64,000 bases of DNA from a virus. Taxonomy: Duplodnaviria; Caudoviricetes. Within the stretch, counting starts at the first letter, position 1, and the number at the start of each line of letters is the position of its first letter. Positions 19,599 to 28,887 of this stretch are shown one piece after another. Under the pieces are notes generated by a model. The model had not been told where the DNA came from and did no database searches. It saw only the letters and a list, made by a program, of their open reading frames with translations. The stretch spans positions 5,661 through 69,660 of the IMG/VR virus record IMGVR_UViG_2974630753_000001; one strand, given 5' to 3'. Position numbers and translations under genes: made by a program.

Positions 19599-21235
19599 CA
19601 ACTGAAGTAGGTTGGTGGGCAGAGGTTTTCGCTCTTCTTGAGGCAGAAGCCAAAAAGGCCAGAGCGCAAATGAACGGCCAAAATGCTCTGGCCGGTTCTA
19701 TCCAAACCGACCTATCCCCAGCAATCTCAAGCTTTGAAGGGTACTTGAGGCCTGAAGGTGAAATCGAGGCAATTGCTGCGAAACCCATTGCAGAGGTTAG
19801 CGGTTACCAGCGTCCATCGGGCTCGGTCGAGGTTACCCTGCAAAAGCTCATTGCTGAAATGTCAGGAAAGCAATCGTCTAACGGTGCCCTGATAAGTCAG
19901 ATTCAGTTACCACAGGCATCTCTTACGGCAAAGCAAATCCAAAGAGGCTCTATCGGAGTCGCTTTGGAAAAGGCCAAGGCTGAGCTTGAAGGGTCTCAGG
20001 CTCAAAGAGGCTCTGTCTCAGCAATTTTGAGAAAAGCCGTGGCTTCATTTAATGGTCAATCGGTTTCAGCTAATCCGGTAACGTTCGATACCATTGGGGC
20101 TTTTGGTGGAGATACGACCGGCGCACCAAGTTGCAGTATCAATCCATCAACTGGCTCAACAGTTTTCGTGCTAGTAGCACTCGGCAGCGGATCACTTCTT
20201 ACAGCAACTTATGCCGGGTCAACCCCAATGAGATTGCTTGGAAGAGCAGTCTTTAACGGAGCCACTCTTTCAGTCTTTGTTCTTAGAAATGTTGTTGGTG
20301 GTTCACCAGTGACCATCACGACCACAAAGACTGGCTTTTCCTGGGGTGAAGCAATTGCCATATCTTACAAAAACGTTGAGGATATTAGACCTCCGAAAAC
20401 TGTTGTGGGAAGTGGAACTAGCTGTGCCCAAGCCGTTGGTGCTTTGCCGAGTGGGCTTACGTTGCAAGCGTTTTCAACAGGTGCTTCAAATACAAACTTT
20501 ACCAGTGTAACCGGTGGAACCAATCGCGCCACGGATACCTCAAGTTTTGCACGCACAACGGTCAATGAGGCCTCTTCTCCCCTAACGGTTTCCGCTGCCT
20601 TTGCCTCATCGCAGGCCTGGGGTGGCATAGAAATTCAAATGTCAAGCGCCATAAGGTCAAATCCATATCTAAGGAATATCGCAAGTCCTTCTACCAGAAA
20701 TGCTGGCAGCACAACCGTTTCCGTGAGCGCTGAGGTAAATGACTGGATTTTCCTAGACATTCATCAAGACAGGTCGGGATTCCCAAGCTCGGTCACTCTT
20801 GATGGCGTGGCTATGGTTTTGGTTGAAGAGCAACTATTTTCCAATGGCTCTGCCACTGCATGGATACGTCGATATCGAAGTGCCACAAAGGTTTCCAGTG
20901 CTGGAACAAAAACCGCATCAATTACCTCAACCGGTAGCGGTTGGTGGGTTCCGATCATTTACGCTATTCCAAAGGTAGGCTCTTACACCACTGTTAAGGC
21001 CACAGGGACTAGCTCCAACCCCACTCACGCAATCACTTGTGGTGTAGACGATTTCATAATTCAGTCGTTTGCAATGCAGAATCTTCCCGTATCAAGTTAT
21101 GCAGGGGCCAACGTTTACGATGGTATGGGAGCAAGTCAGGCACCCGTCTTTGTCCAAATAGCCGATGAGTCAACAACTTTCCAGGTATCTGGAACGGTAA
21201 ATTGGGCATCAATCGCAACAGTATTTAGTCCGTAA
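19595..21235 (+). CDS. Minor tail protein
   Basis: Ser/Thr/Gly-rich beta-domain repeats typical of tail-tip proteins. Confidence 0.7.
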   Translation: MTTEVGWWAEVFALLEAEAKKARAQMNGQNALAGSIQTDLSPAISSFEGYLRPEGEIEAIAAKPIAEVSGYQRPSGSVEVTLQKLIAEMSGKQSSNGALISQIQLPQASLTAKQIQRGSIGVALEKAKAELEGSQAQRGSVSAILRKAVASFNGQSVSANPVTFDTIGAFGGDTTGAPSCSINPSTGSTVFVLVALGSGSLLTATYAGSTPMRLLGRAVFNGATLSVFVLRNVVGGSPVTITTTKTGFSWGEAIAISYKNVEDIRPPKTVVGSGTSCAQAVGALPSGLTLQAFSTGASNTNFTSVTGGTNRATDTSSFARTTVNEASSPLTVSAAFASSQAWGGIEIQMSSAIRSNPYLRNIASPSTRNAGSTTVSVSAEVNDWIFLDIHQDRSGFPSSVTLDGVAMVLVEEQLFSNGSATAWIRRYRSATKVSSAGTKTASITSTGSGWWVPIIYAIPKVGSYTTVKATGTSSNPTHAITCGVDDFIIQSFAMQNLPVSSYAGANVYDGMGASQAPVFVQIADESTTFQVSGTVNWASIATVFSP

Positions 21236-21250
21236 CAGAAAGGTAGAGAA

Positions 21251-21532
21251 GTGAATCCAGAGCTAGCAGCAGTAGACGAAGCTATGGACCCGGCAAGGCC
21301 AGGCGGTCGAGATGTTGTCTTGGCCAGAAGCCTTGCGGATCAATACGTTTCGAATCATCCCGAAGAGTTCGAAGGCCTAACAGACAAGACCCTCAAAGAA
21401 TGCGTTGAGGCTGTTGACGTGTTCCGCAATGCAGGGTGGGACGAAATGCGAGCACGTGCTGATTTGTGGATTTTGCACAAGTTCGAGTTTCAAGTAATCG
21501 GCGGGGAAACCCAAGCGCAAGTGAGGATTTGA
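21251..21532 (+). CDS. Hypothetical protein (tail region)
   Basis: GTG start after AAGGTAG, 93 aa. Confidence 0.6.
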   Translation: MNPELAAVDEAMDPARPGGRDVVLARSLADQYVSNHPEEFEGLTDKTLKECVEAVDVFRNAGWDEMRARADLWILHKFEFQVIGGETQAQVRI

Positions 21533-21534
21533 TC

Positions 21535-21969
21535 ATGGCTTTTTACCTAAGCAATGCTGTTGTCACCGCAATGCTCGGCGGGGGAGACAATCAATCCCTT
21601 GCAGCATTTATTGGGGCCTCTCCACATATCTGCATTTATGCAGGGACAGTACCGGCGAATGCAGATACAGCCCTTAGCAGTAATACGAAGCTTGCTGAAT
21701 TGATTTGTGCTGCAACCCCTTTCAGTAGTTTTACCGATACCGGGTCTGCGGCAAGAGCTGTTTTCGGGACAATCTCTGATGATACAAGTGCGGATGCCAC
21801 TGGTACAGCAACGTTTTGGCGTTTGATTAAGGCAGACGGTACAACAGTTGTTGGTCAGGGTGAGGTTGGCACTTCAGGAAAAGAGCTGACCCTCAACACA
21901 ACGGCAATCACTGCCGGTTCGGTTGTTTCAATTACTTCCGGTTATATCGAACTCCCCGAAGGTGGTTAA
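21535..21969 (+). CDS. Minor tail / virion protein
   Basis: Motif ICIYAGTVPANAD...ADATGTATFWR is common in virion proteins. Confidence 0.6.
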   Translation: MAFYLSNAVVTAMLGGGDNQSLAAFIGASPHICIYAGTVPANADTALSSNTKLAELICAATPFSSFTDTGSAARAVFGTISDDTSADATGTATFWRLIKADGTTVVGQGEVGTSGKELTLNTTAITAGSVVSITSGYIELPEGG

Positions 21970-21974
21970 CCCCA

Positions 21975-23543
21975 ATGGGTTTCAGGGTGGTCAATGGCAG
22001 TACGCATACTGAAAACGGTTGGCGTTGTTGTGACCGTGATGAATGTGACATCGTTCGAATCAAAGACCTCTACCTGACCGAAACAGCCCCGCTGAGAAAG
22101 GGTGCCCCGCTGGTCATTCTTGGCGCATGGCTCTATTGGTATGACAGGAACGTTGAGGAGATTGTTTCTTCGATTTGGGGATGGTCCAGAGACAACGACG
22201 TCTTAGGTGCTTATGGGGCAAACAAAGGCTCAAATCATTTGTCGGGCACTGCTGTTGATGTCAATGCTCCGAAATACCCTTGGGGCGCATATCGAATGCC
22301 AGCTGACAAAATAGCCAAGGTTCGTGAGGGGCTGAGACTCTTTGAGGGGTCGGTCTTTTGGGGTAGAACTTGGGGTGAGCAGGGAGTCAGCAAGGCTGAC
22401 GAAATGCATTACCAAATGGCTTGGCCCGAGGGAGACCCTAGAAACGAGGCGTTCGCAAGAAAGCTTCTAGACGGGTATCTCAGCATCTATAAGCAAAGCT
22501 CGGACGGAGACCAAAGTACAACCCCTACAAGGAAATTGGTTGCGCCAGGCCCAGGCGGAACATACTGGAATGACGTAAGCCAATATCAAGTCAAGCCTAT
22601 CGATTCAAGCTATCCCTATAAGGTGTTTAGCTTTAGGACCAATTCAGGCGATAAAGAAGATCAACTTGCAAGGGTAAACGCAAGGGCTGCAAAGGCTTTG
22701 CTTGACTCAGGTCAACTTGAGATTGTTATTCCATATTACTTTTTCCGGCCGGGACAGGCCAATTGCGACCTTCATCGCGAAATCCTAGAGGCCACAGGGC
22801 TTTTCAATCATCCTCGCACGGTAACGATGGTTGATGTGGAGGGTGACAACGGCTCTGTTACCGGGAACAACAGTGCAGAAATAAATGATGAGATAAATCG
22901 TTTGCGTAGTTGGTATGGGAATCAAGACCGAGTGATCGGATACCTCAACAGCAATGCAGACCCTAACCTTTGGCCAGCAAGGGATGGGGTGAATCTCGTT
23001 GTCCCGCAATATGGTAGAACTCCAGGGGACATCTCCTCCATTAGAGATTTCCAGGTGAAAATCGATGCCTTTGCCCATCAATTTACCTCTACAGCTCAAG
23101 ACCAAAAACCTTGGCTAGGCACAAACGTTGATGTGAATTGGTCACCTTATGAAATCTCAGAGTTATTGGTGCTCTTCGGCATTCAAGAGGAACAGGGGTT
23201 GTTTATGTATCTGACCAAAGAAGAAGAATTCGCCATTCGAGACAAAATTCTTGGGTACAAATCCATGAATCATCAGTGGCCATCTAGAGGTATCTTCCGC
23301 GACAATGACGAAGGTGTTGACGATACGGTCGGAATGATGCTCAACTCAGATGGAAACATCTGGGATGTCTTGGTTATTATCGGAGCGCTTTCTGGTGTTA
23401 CAGAACATGTTTCACGTGTGGAGCGCTTGGCTAACGGCCAAGGGCCAAACGGAAAGAATGAGAGGTTTGTGACAATTGCCCAAGAACTTTTACGATTTAT
23501 TCAAGAGAAAGACGAAGGGGCCGAAGGAAATGCAACAATCTAA
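21975..23543 (+). CDS. lysA: Lysin A (M15-type Zn peptidase plus GH25-like domain)
   Basis: SNHLSGTAVDVNA...DEMHYQ is a peptidase motif; YWNDVSQYQ starts a GH25-like domain. Confidence 0.85.
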   Translation: MGFRVVNGSTHTENGWRCCDRDECDIVRIKDLYLTETAPLRKGAPLVILGAWLYWYDRNVEEIVSSIWGWSRDNDVLGAYGANKGSNHLSGTAVDVNAPKYPWGAYRMPADKIAKVREGLRLFEGSVFWGRTWGEQGVSKADEMHYQMAWPEGDPRNEAFARKLLDGYLSIYKQSSDGDQSTTPTRKLVAPGPGGTYWNDVSQYQVKPIDSSYPYKVFSFRTNSGDKEDQLARVNARAAKALLDSGQLEIVIPYYFFRPGQANCDLHREILEATGLFNHPRTVTMVDVEGDNGSVTGNNSAEINDEINRLRSWYGNQDRVIGYLNSNADPNLWPARDGVNLVVPQYGRTPGDISSIRDFQVKIDAFAHQFTSTAQDQKPWLGTNVDVNWSPYEISELLVLFGIQEEQGLFMYLTKEEEFAIRDKILGYKSMNHQWPSRGIFRDNDEGVDDTVGMMLNSDGNIWDVLVIIGALSGVTEHVSRVERLANGQGPNGKNERFVTIAQELLRFIQEKDEGAEGNATI

Positions 23544-23949
23544 CTTGGTTGTTCCCACCAATGGAGTCATGCCGCTCAAGACGCTAGATGACTGGCGGGC
23601 CATGTTTCATCAGGTTGTTCCGATCATCGTTACAGCTCTGGTCACGGCAAATATTGTTACGGATTCTCAAGTCACGCTTTGGCTTCCGTTTGTTTTTGCC
23701 ATTGCGGACAATCTCTTATCGGTTGGTAACGCGACAGATAGGGTACGAAAAGCGATCTACTCTATATTCGCCCTCCTGCAAGGTGGTTCTGCTGTCACAA
23801 CGATCCTGGTCAGCCACCAAGAGCTAACCCCAATCATCACTGCTGGAATCACCATTGCCTCAGCGATTTTCGCGAACTTCTACACCCCAACCTCCACAAT
23901 GCAACCTGCAATGAGGGTTGGGTCTGACATGAAAGATGTTGGGGCATAA
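23530..23949 (+). CDS. Holin
   Basis: Multi-TM protein overlapping the end of lysin A. Confidence 0.7.
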   Translation: MQQSNLVVPTNGVMPLKTLDDWRAMFHQVVPIIVTALVTANIVTDSQVTLWLPFVFAIADNLLSVGNATDRVRKAIYSIFALLQGGSAVTTILVSHQELTPIITAGITIASAIFANFYTPTSTMQPAMRVGSDMKDVGA

Positions 23950-24219
23950 GTGTTTAAGCGGATAGCAGGGGCAATCATCATAGCCGTTTTTTCTATGGCC
24001 CTGGTGATTGCCCCTGTATCTGCTTCACCCACATATATTGCAGGTCCAGAGCCTACCCCAATTATCAAGTGTAGGAATCAAAGTCACGTCTGGAATCCTG
24101 AACAATGCGATAGGCCAGCACCGTTCACGATTGGCGGTGGTGGTTCGGGAAGGTCGAACGGGGGATTGCTGGGGAGAATTGGCGGCATCATTGGTCGCCT
24201 GACAGGGGGAATTTTGTGA
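23950..24219 (+). CDS. Small secreted/membrane protein with Gly-rich tail
   Basis: Signal-peptide-like N-terminus; C-terminus GGGGSGRSNGGLLGRIGGIIGRLTGGIL. Confidence 0.6.
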   Translation: MFKRIAGAIIIAVFSMALVIAPVSASPTYIAGPEPTPIIKCRNQSHVWNPEQCDRPAPFTIGGGGSGRSNGGLLGRIGGIIGRLTGGIL

Positions 24220-24710
24220 TTCGTCGGATTTTTCGAAAGTTCTTGCCAGACAAGGCCTTTCAAAAGCCATCCAGGCTTGATCATGGGCGGATGTATGTTT
24301 GTGTCGTTGTGGGTCTGTTCTTAACATCTCTATCCATGATCGTGCTTGGACCGCTACCTGATTCGACGATCTCTAACCTCAATGAATTTACCCAAACGTC
24401 AATGGCTTTCGTTCTTTTCCTTGGGTCTTTGTCTTGCATCATTGGAATGTCAAGAGGCACAAGGTTTTTCTTTCCAAGGGCTGACCTTCGAGATTCTTAC
24501 CTCATCGCCAAGTGGTCGATTCCCGGAGTAGTGGCCAGTCTTGGAACTTACGTCATTGCAATCTTGGTTAACTATGGCTCTATCTGGCTTTCCGCTCTCT
24601 CAGGCAGCATTGGGGCATCAATTGTTATTGGAAGTCTTTGGAACGCATGGGATTTCGCCAATGAGATTGATCGTCTCGATGAAGAGTTAAAGAATGAGGT
24701 AGAACCTTAA
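24216..24710 (+). CDS. Four-TM membrane protein (lysis cassette)
   Basis: Four hydrophobic stretches, GTGA overlap. Confidence 0.7.
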   Translation: MIRRIFRKFLPDKAFQKPSRLDHGRMYVCVVVGLFLTSLSMIVLGPLPDSTISNLNEFTQTSMAFVLFLGSLSCIIGMSRGTRFFFPRADLRDSYLIAKWSIPGVVASLGTYVIAILVNYGSIWLSALSGSIGASIVIGSLWNAWDFANEIDRLDEELKNEVEP

Positions 24711-25177
24711 TGAACAATTGGCTTCAGGGCATAGGGATAATCGTTGCGGCGATTGTTTCCCTTGTAGGCCTCTTCATTTCGATAAGAAATCGAAAGAGAG
24801 ACACCAAAGCTGTTGAGGCCAAAACGAATCTTGATGAAACACAACAGGCATCAATCGTCAAGCAACTTGCTGATTCTACTGAAGTTATGTATCTCAAAAG
24901 GCTTGAGAGCTTTAAAGATGATATTCGATTGATGAGGGCCGAACTTGATGCAGCCAGAAAAGATTCTGAATCATCAAGGCAGGAAGTGGCTTTGGCAAGA
25001 GATGAGGCTAGAAAAGCAAGAGAAGAGGCCTCACTTTTCGAAGATTTCTTTTTCAATCATCACTCAAGGTGGGACAGAACCTTGCTGATGATCGCACGTG
25101 AAAACGGTTGGGAGATACCAGACCCTCCAAGCTGGCTGATCTTTCTAAGATCGAAAGGAATGAATGACGATGACTGA
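24710..25177 (+). CDS. Single-TM coiled-coil membrane protein (lysis cassette)
   Basis: N-terminal TM helix followed by a long charged coiled coil. Confidence 0.7.
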   Translation: MNNWLQGIGIIVAAIVSLVGLFISIRNRKRDTKAVEAKTNLDETQQASIVKQLADSTEVMYLKRLESFKDDIRLMRAELDAARKDSESSRQEVALARDEARKAREEASLFEDFFFNHHSRWDRTLLMIARENGWEIPDPPSWLIFLRSKGMNDDD

Positions 25178-26096
25178 TCGAATCTTTTTCTTGTGGTTGC
25201 CTGGGACATGGGAGGTTGACATGTTCAAAAATGAAAATCCAAGTGCCACAAACTTTGTGGGGCTAGGGAAGTGGTTGGTTGACGATCGCTTTCCAGATCG
25301 ATTGCCCCTCAGCATCTTTGAGCCGATCATGCTTTGCCCGCCGGATTACATGGCCAGCTTTGGCCCTATCCCAGCAGCAGGGTCATCAATCTTTTCGGCA
25401 TGGAATCACTTGAGCTACAAAGAGTCTGTAATGGATGCTGTCGAGCACAGTGTTCAGATCATTCTCAAGCTTCCTGTTTCAAGGCCAATTGTCATCGCCG
25501 GGTACTCTCAGGGTGCAGAGGTAGCCGAGAGAATCAAGGCAGAGTTTTTGCCAGGTGGCCGTCTAGAGCGTTATTTTCTGTTGTCCCACTACACCTTTGG
25601 CAATCCAGGTAGACCACAAGGGGTTACGTTCCCCAACGGCAACATCTTGCCATGGGGTGGGATTTCAAACCTGAATATCCCTACGCCACAAAACACTTAC
25701 TACAGGTCATACGCTTTCTATGACGACATGTACGCAAATGCTAACCCGAAAAGCTACCTGTTTCAGTTCTACGATGGCCTGACTGACTTACAGTTTCACG
25801 ATCCTTTCAAGGCAGTGAAAGATGTTCTGGGAGTAGTGACTAAGTCTGATTTGATGATCCTTGCCGGGGCACAACCTACAAACCCTCTGTGGATCATGAT
25901 GAACATCCCCAAGTTCATCGACATTGGGACAAGAGCTGCGAATTCTCTTGATGCCCTTGCACGTTTTGCGTCTTCTGGGGCACACGGTCACTACCACGAT
26001 TGGGAAATCATTCCGGGCTTTACCCCTATCTTCCATTGCATCAGATCGGCGAAGTATGCAGCGAAAGGAATTGGCTATGCAGTCCCGGGAATCTAA
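25164..26096 (+). CDS. lysB: Lysin B (cutinase-like mycolylarabinogalactan esterase)
   Basis: GYSQGA nucleophile motif and FGNPGR, located in the lysis cassette. Alternative start at 25170. Confidence 0.85.
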   Translation: MTMTDRIFFLWLPGTWEVDMFKNENPSATNFVGLGKWLVDDRFPDRLPLSIFEPIMLCPPDYMASFGPIPAAGSSIFSAWNHLSYKESVMDAVEHSVQIILKLPVSRPIVIAGYSQGAEVAERIKAEFLPGGRLERYFLLSHYTFGNPGRPQGVTFPNGNILPWGGISNLNIPTPQNTYYRSYAFYDDMYANANPKSYLFQFYDGLTDLQFHDPFKAVKDVLGVVTKSDLMILAGAQPTNPLWIMMNIPKFIDIGTRAANSLDALARFASSGAHGHYHDWEIIPGFTPIFHCIRSAKYAAKGIGYAVPGI

Positions 26097-26241
26097 AAGA
26101 CAGCTAACAGAACAACTTTCAATGTTCGGACTGAAACCCACAAAGGCCATGAAGAAACAAAGCCCAGGCGGGGTAGTCATCGATCTTCTTGAAATATCAA
26201 ATCCCTCAAAGGAATTCATCGAATACGGCAAGGAGCAGTGA
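26077..26241 (+). CDS. Small hypothetical protein
   Basis: ATG after AAAGGA; overlaps both neighbouring genes. Confidence 0.4.
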   Translation: MQSRESKRQLTEQLSMFGLKPTKAMKKQSPGGVVIDLLEISNPSKEFIEYGKEQ

Positions 26242-26714
26242 CGATGACAGAGAGCGTGGGTGTTCCGGTCAACATCATCCCCATTGGTCTCGATATGGAC
26301 CCTGAGACAGCAACATACGTAGGTGTTCTAGAGGGAACCATTGCAGCACTTGTGATTAACGAGGCGAAGTATCGCGCGTTCTTAGAGCTTCTGACCGGAG
26401 AGCCTTGGGAGGACACAAAGCTTGATATTGACGGAAATCAGTTGATGGCCATAGCAATTGAAGCGCTGATCAAACAGACTGGAATGGACAGGGTCAGGGC
26501 ACAAGTCTTGGTTGCTCAACGTTGGCAAAAGAGGAACCTTTCAACGGAAAGTGTTGTTCCTCAAGCTGTTCCGGTTGAGTCCTTGATGACAGAGAACAAC
26601 CGTCCACTGGTGGACAGTAAGCCGAAAGTTGATATGTCTCAACGGCTTAAGGCCTGGAAGAGTCGTCAAATGCAAGATGCCGCAACGATTTCCGAGAGCG
26701 AAGTTTCGCCTTAA
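26238..26714 (+). CDS. Hypothetical protein
   Basis: 158 aa ORF, last gene before the non-coding hinge. Confidence 0.65.
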   Translation: MTMTESVGVPVNIIPIGLDMDPETATYVGVLEGTIAALVINEAKYRAFLELLTGEPWEDTKLDIDGNQLMAIAIEALIKQTGMDRVRAQVLVAQRWQKRNLSTESVVPQAVPVESLMTENNRPLVDSKPKVDMSQRLKAWKSRQMQDAATISESEVSP

Positions 26715-26744
26715 AGTTTGCTGGTAAATGCCTGGTAGTTGGGT

Positions 26745-26799
26745 TGAAAGCCCTTGTGTCACAAGTGATTTAAAAACGCTTGTGGGATAAGGGCTTTCA
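26745..26799 (+). terminator. Long stem-loop ending the late operon
   Basis: ~21-bp stem TGAAAGCCCTTGTGTCACAAG / CTTGTGGGATAAGGGCTTTCA with one mismatch and G-U pairs. Confidence 0.6.
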
Positions 26800-26986
26800 T
26801 GTGTTAGAGAGGGGTCAAAAGTGCCAAGTTTTGGCGTTGCTATAACAAAATCTGTGATTTGCATCACGTTGCTAGATTTTGGGAAAATGTATCCTGACCA
26901 GGACTTTTTGCCTTTGCCGGCCTGTTGCTGACAAACTTAGCTAGTTTAACCATAGGTTTGCTACAGGCCATTTTTGCTTGACCGGG

Positions 26987-26995
26987 TGCTAGGAT
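26987..26995 (+). promoter_or_regulatory. Putative extended -10 promoter
   Basis: TGcTAGGAT matches TGnTAnnnT. Confidence 0.35.
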
Positions 26996-27001
26996 GGTCG
27001 A

Positions 27002-27420
27002 AGACCACCCCGGTTCGCCAGGGTGGTTGAGGCAACACGAGGCGCGCGGTAGGAATCGCGCTCCCGGCAACGGGGACCACGCCAGAGTGAAAAACGCCAG
27101 AGCACGCGGGTAGCAACCACGTGTGCAAAACAAATGCTTCTGTCGCAAAAGTGTTCTCCCGCAAGGGATTCCGGCGATTCGTCCCTGACGTCCAAACCAT
27201 ACGAATTGAAGCGTTTCATATAGGCCAGAACGAAATCCAAAGAGCAACAAGGGAATTCAACTAGCGATAACGGATCGTCGGGAGACGTACCGGAGTCATC
27301 CAACCGGATGCCCGCTAAAGCCCGACAGGGTGTGACCTGACAGAACCTTGTGAGTGTATGGAAGAAAACCGATTGTCGAGAGACAAACGGGACGGACGAA
27401 GGCTGAAACACGTTGTGGCA
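27002..27420 (+). ncRNA. Candidate structured non-coding RNA
   Basis: No credible ORF; several GNRA-capped hairpins (27063, 27157, 27276) and other stems. Confidence 0.4.
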
Positions 27421-27421
27421 G

Positions 27422-27450
27422 TTACGATTTAATGCCCTAAGAGATAGAAT
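27422..27450 (+). promoter_or_regulatory. SigA-type promoter
   Basis: TTACGA - 17 bp - TAGAAT. Confidence 0.6.
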
Positions 27451-27455
27451 CCCCC

Positions 27456-27551
27456 GAAGCTCAAGCGCGACGGAATGGCGCTATCCGCTCCAAATCCTCT
27501 GTGGCACAACGTTTTCCATCCATCCTCGGTGCAACTTCGGTTGCACCTTTT
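27456..27551 (+). ncRNA. Candidate CU-rich sRNA / leader ending in a UUCG terminator hairpin
   Basis: Contains TTTTCCATCCATCCTC (27512-27527), then GGTGCAAC-TTCG-GTTGCACC-TTTT. Confidence 0.5.
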
Positions 27552-27580
27552 GGGTGCTGGATCAAGAAAGAGAGTCAACA

Positions 27581-27811
27581 ATGGCCAGTAAGGTTTATGT
27601 CCCAATGGACAAAATCGTTACCTGCAAGCGTTGTGGCGCAAGCCCTTTGGCTTGGGTCAAATCCGAGAAAACCGGAAAGTTCTACTTAGCCAAGGTAGTT
27701 CGGCAAGAGGCACTTACCTATGACCCGCATAAATGTCATCCTGACATGGTTGAAAACATGAAGCGGGCCAAGGCAATTGACGAAGCAAACGGAGTTCAGT
27801 TCAGCTTCTAA
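27581..27811 (+). CDS. Small Zn-ribbon-like protein
   Basis: CKRC...HKCH; ATG after AGAAAGAGAG. Confidence 0.65.
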   Translation: MASKVYVPMDKIVTCKRCGASPLAWVKSEKTGKFYLAKVVRQEALTYDPHKCHPDMVENMKRAKAIDEANGVQFSF

Positions 27812-27898
27812 CGACAATGATCCAGCACCTTAATGGTGCAATTTGAAAGTGGTTGTGTCACAACCTGATCCCCACACTTTCACTAGGAGGATGAACGA

Positions 27899-28117
27899 AT
27901 GATGAAGAGCAAGCGCATTCAGGCGGGTCTTTACCGTGTCACCCTTGAAAATGGGGATGAGTACACGGTAAACCAAATCCGTACTGACGCAGCGGGTTAC
28001 GGCATCGAAAATCTCTGGTGGGTCTCACCTTCCGGAGAATTTACCCCGCCGTGCTACTTCGATCCTTTCTATACGAAAGGTGAAGCGCTCCACCAACTTT
28101 CGCTTCTGGAAGCCTGA
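27899..28117 (+). CDS. Hypothetical protein
   Basis: RBS AGGAGG, 72 aa. Confidence 0.7.
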   Translation: MMKSKRIQAGLYRVTLENGDEYTVNQIRTDAAGYGIENLWWVSPSGEFTPPCYFDPFYTKGEALHQLSLLEA

Positions 28118-28153
28118 ACGGTTCTACCGGGGTTCGATTCCCCGGCAGGTACG
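28112..28153 (+). ncRNA. tRNA-like element 1
   Basis: GCCTG aacggttcta CCGGGG TTCGATT CCCCGG CAGGT ACG. Confidence 0.8.
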
Positions 28154-28201
28154 AAAGTCCTTGATACACAAGGGCTTAACAATAGAAAAAGGGATGGAAA
28201 C

Positions 28202-28435
28202 ATGGAGATTACCTCAAATCGGAAGGCCATTGCGGAAGCTGCTGAAAAGGCAGGGTTCCAAAGGGTTTTCACTCCCCACTTTGATGTTTACATCAAGGGA
28301 GACAACGAAATTGAGATTTTCTACTTCTCTACCGGCAGACTCAAGGGAACATTTATTGAGTACATGCAAAAAGAGAAGATCACCAAGGTTGGCCCGATTC
28401 TCGATTACTTCCGAATCATGGCTAATCAGAGCTGA
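28202..28435 (+). CDS. Hypothetical protein
   Basis: GGGATGGAAA RBS, 77 aa. Confidence 0.7.
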   Translation: MEITSNRKAIAEAAEKAGFQRVFTPHFDVYIKGDNEIEIFYFSTGRLKGTFIEYMQKEKITKVGPILDYFRIMANQS

Positions 28436-28444
28436 ATCGAACTT

Positions 28445-28473
28445 GGCCACTCTCGGAAAGAGAGTGTGCCACT
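28445..28473 (+). other. Degenerate leader element (hairpin without T-loop)
   Basis: GGC CACTCTC ggaaa GAGAGTG t GCC AC, then a small hairpin and AGGATGGAA, in the same position as the other elements. Confidence 0.45.
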
Positions 28474-28515
28474 GGTCAATTCAGACCGACCCAAAACAAA
28501 ACAAAGGATGGAATC

Positions 28516-28785
28516 ATGGCTACGATCACGGGAAAGCTGCATTGCTGCGACGATTGCGCAATGGCAATCGCCAACGGCGACACTTCCGGTCTTGACTACT
28601 ATGGCGATGAATACCGCGCCAAGTGGGAAGCTGGTGTAGAAGCAAGCAAAGACGAACTGCCGGAAGGTTATCCGGTCATTGCTTGCCCCGAAGATTGCCC
28701 CGGTGACGATAAGCAGGAATTCATGTGTGACTATTGCAGTCGCAACGTCTACTCTCACAAGTTTGACCTTGCATTTCTGAACTAA
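28516..28785 (+). CDS. Cys-rich small protein
   Basis: HCCDDC...CPEDC...CDYC; AGGATGGAA RBS. Confidence 0.7.
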   Translation: MATITGKLHCCDDCAMAIANGDTSGLDYYGDEYRAKWEAGVEASKDELPEGYPVIACPEDCPGDDKQEFMCDYCSRNVYSHKFDLAFLN

Positions 28786-28794
28786 TCACCAACA

Positions 28795-28837
28795 GCCGCA
28801 ACGGTTTTCGTATGGGTTCGATTCCCATAGCGGCACG
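28795..28837 (+). ncRNA. tRNA-like element 2
   Basis: GCCGC aacggttttcg TATGGG TTCGATT CCCATA GCGGC ACG. Confidence 0.85.
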
Positions 28838-28887
28838 TCGTACCGATCAAAGTGGTTGGTACAAAACAAAATAAAAGGATGGAAACA

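Noticed and set aside
27002-27420. Phage-encoded RNase P RNA
   Set aside because: GACAGAACC at ~27339 resembles CR-V, but the GAGGAAAGUCC / CCCGGCUUA P4 pairing is absent.
27490-27527. Minus-strand gene using GAGGATGG as RBS (also 41913-41930)
   Set aside because: Only ORFs of ~8-26 codons follow on the minus strand, with no upstream promoter evident.
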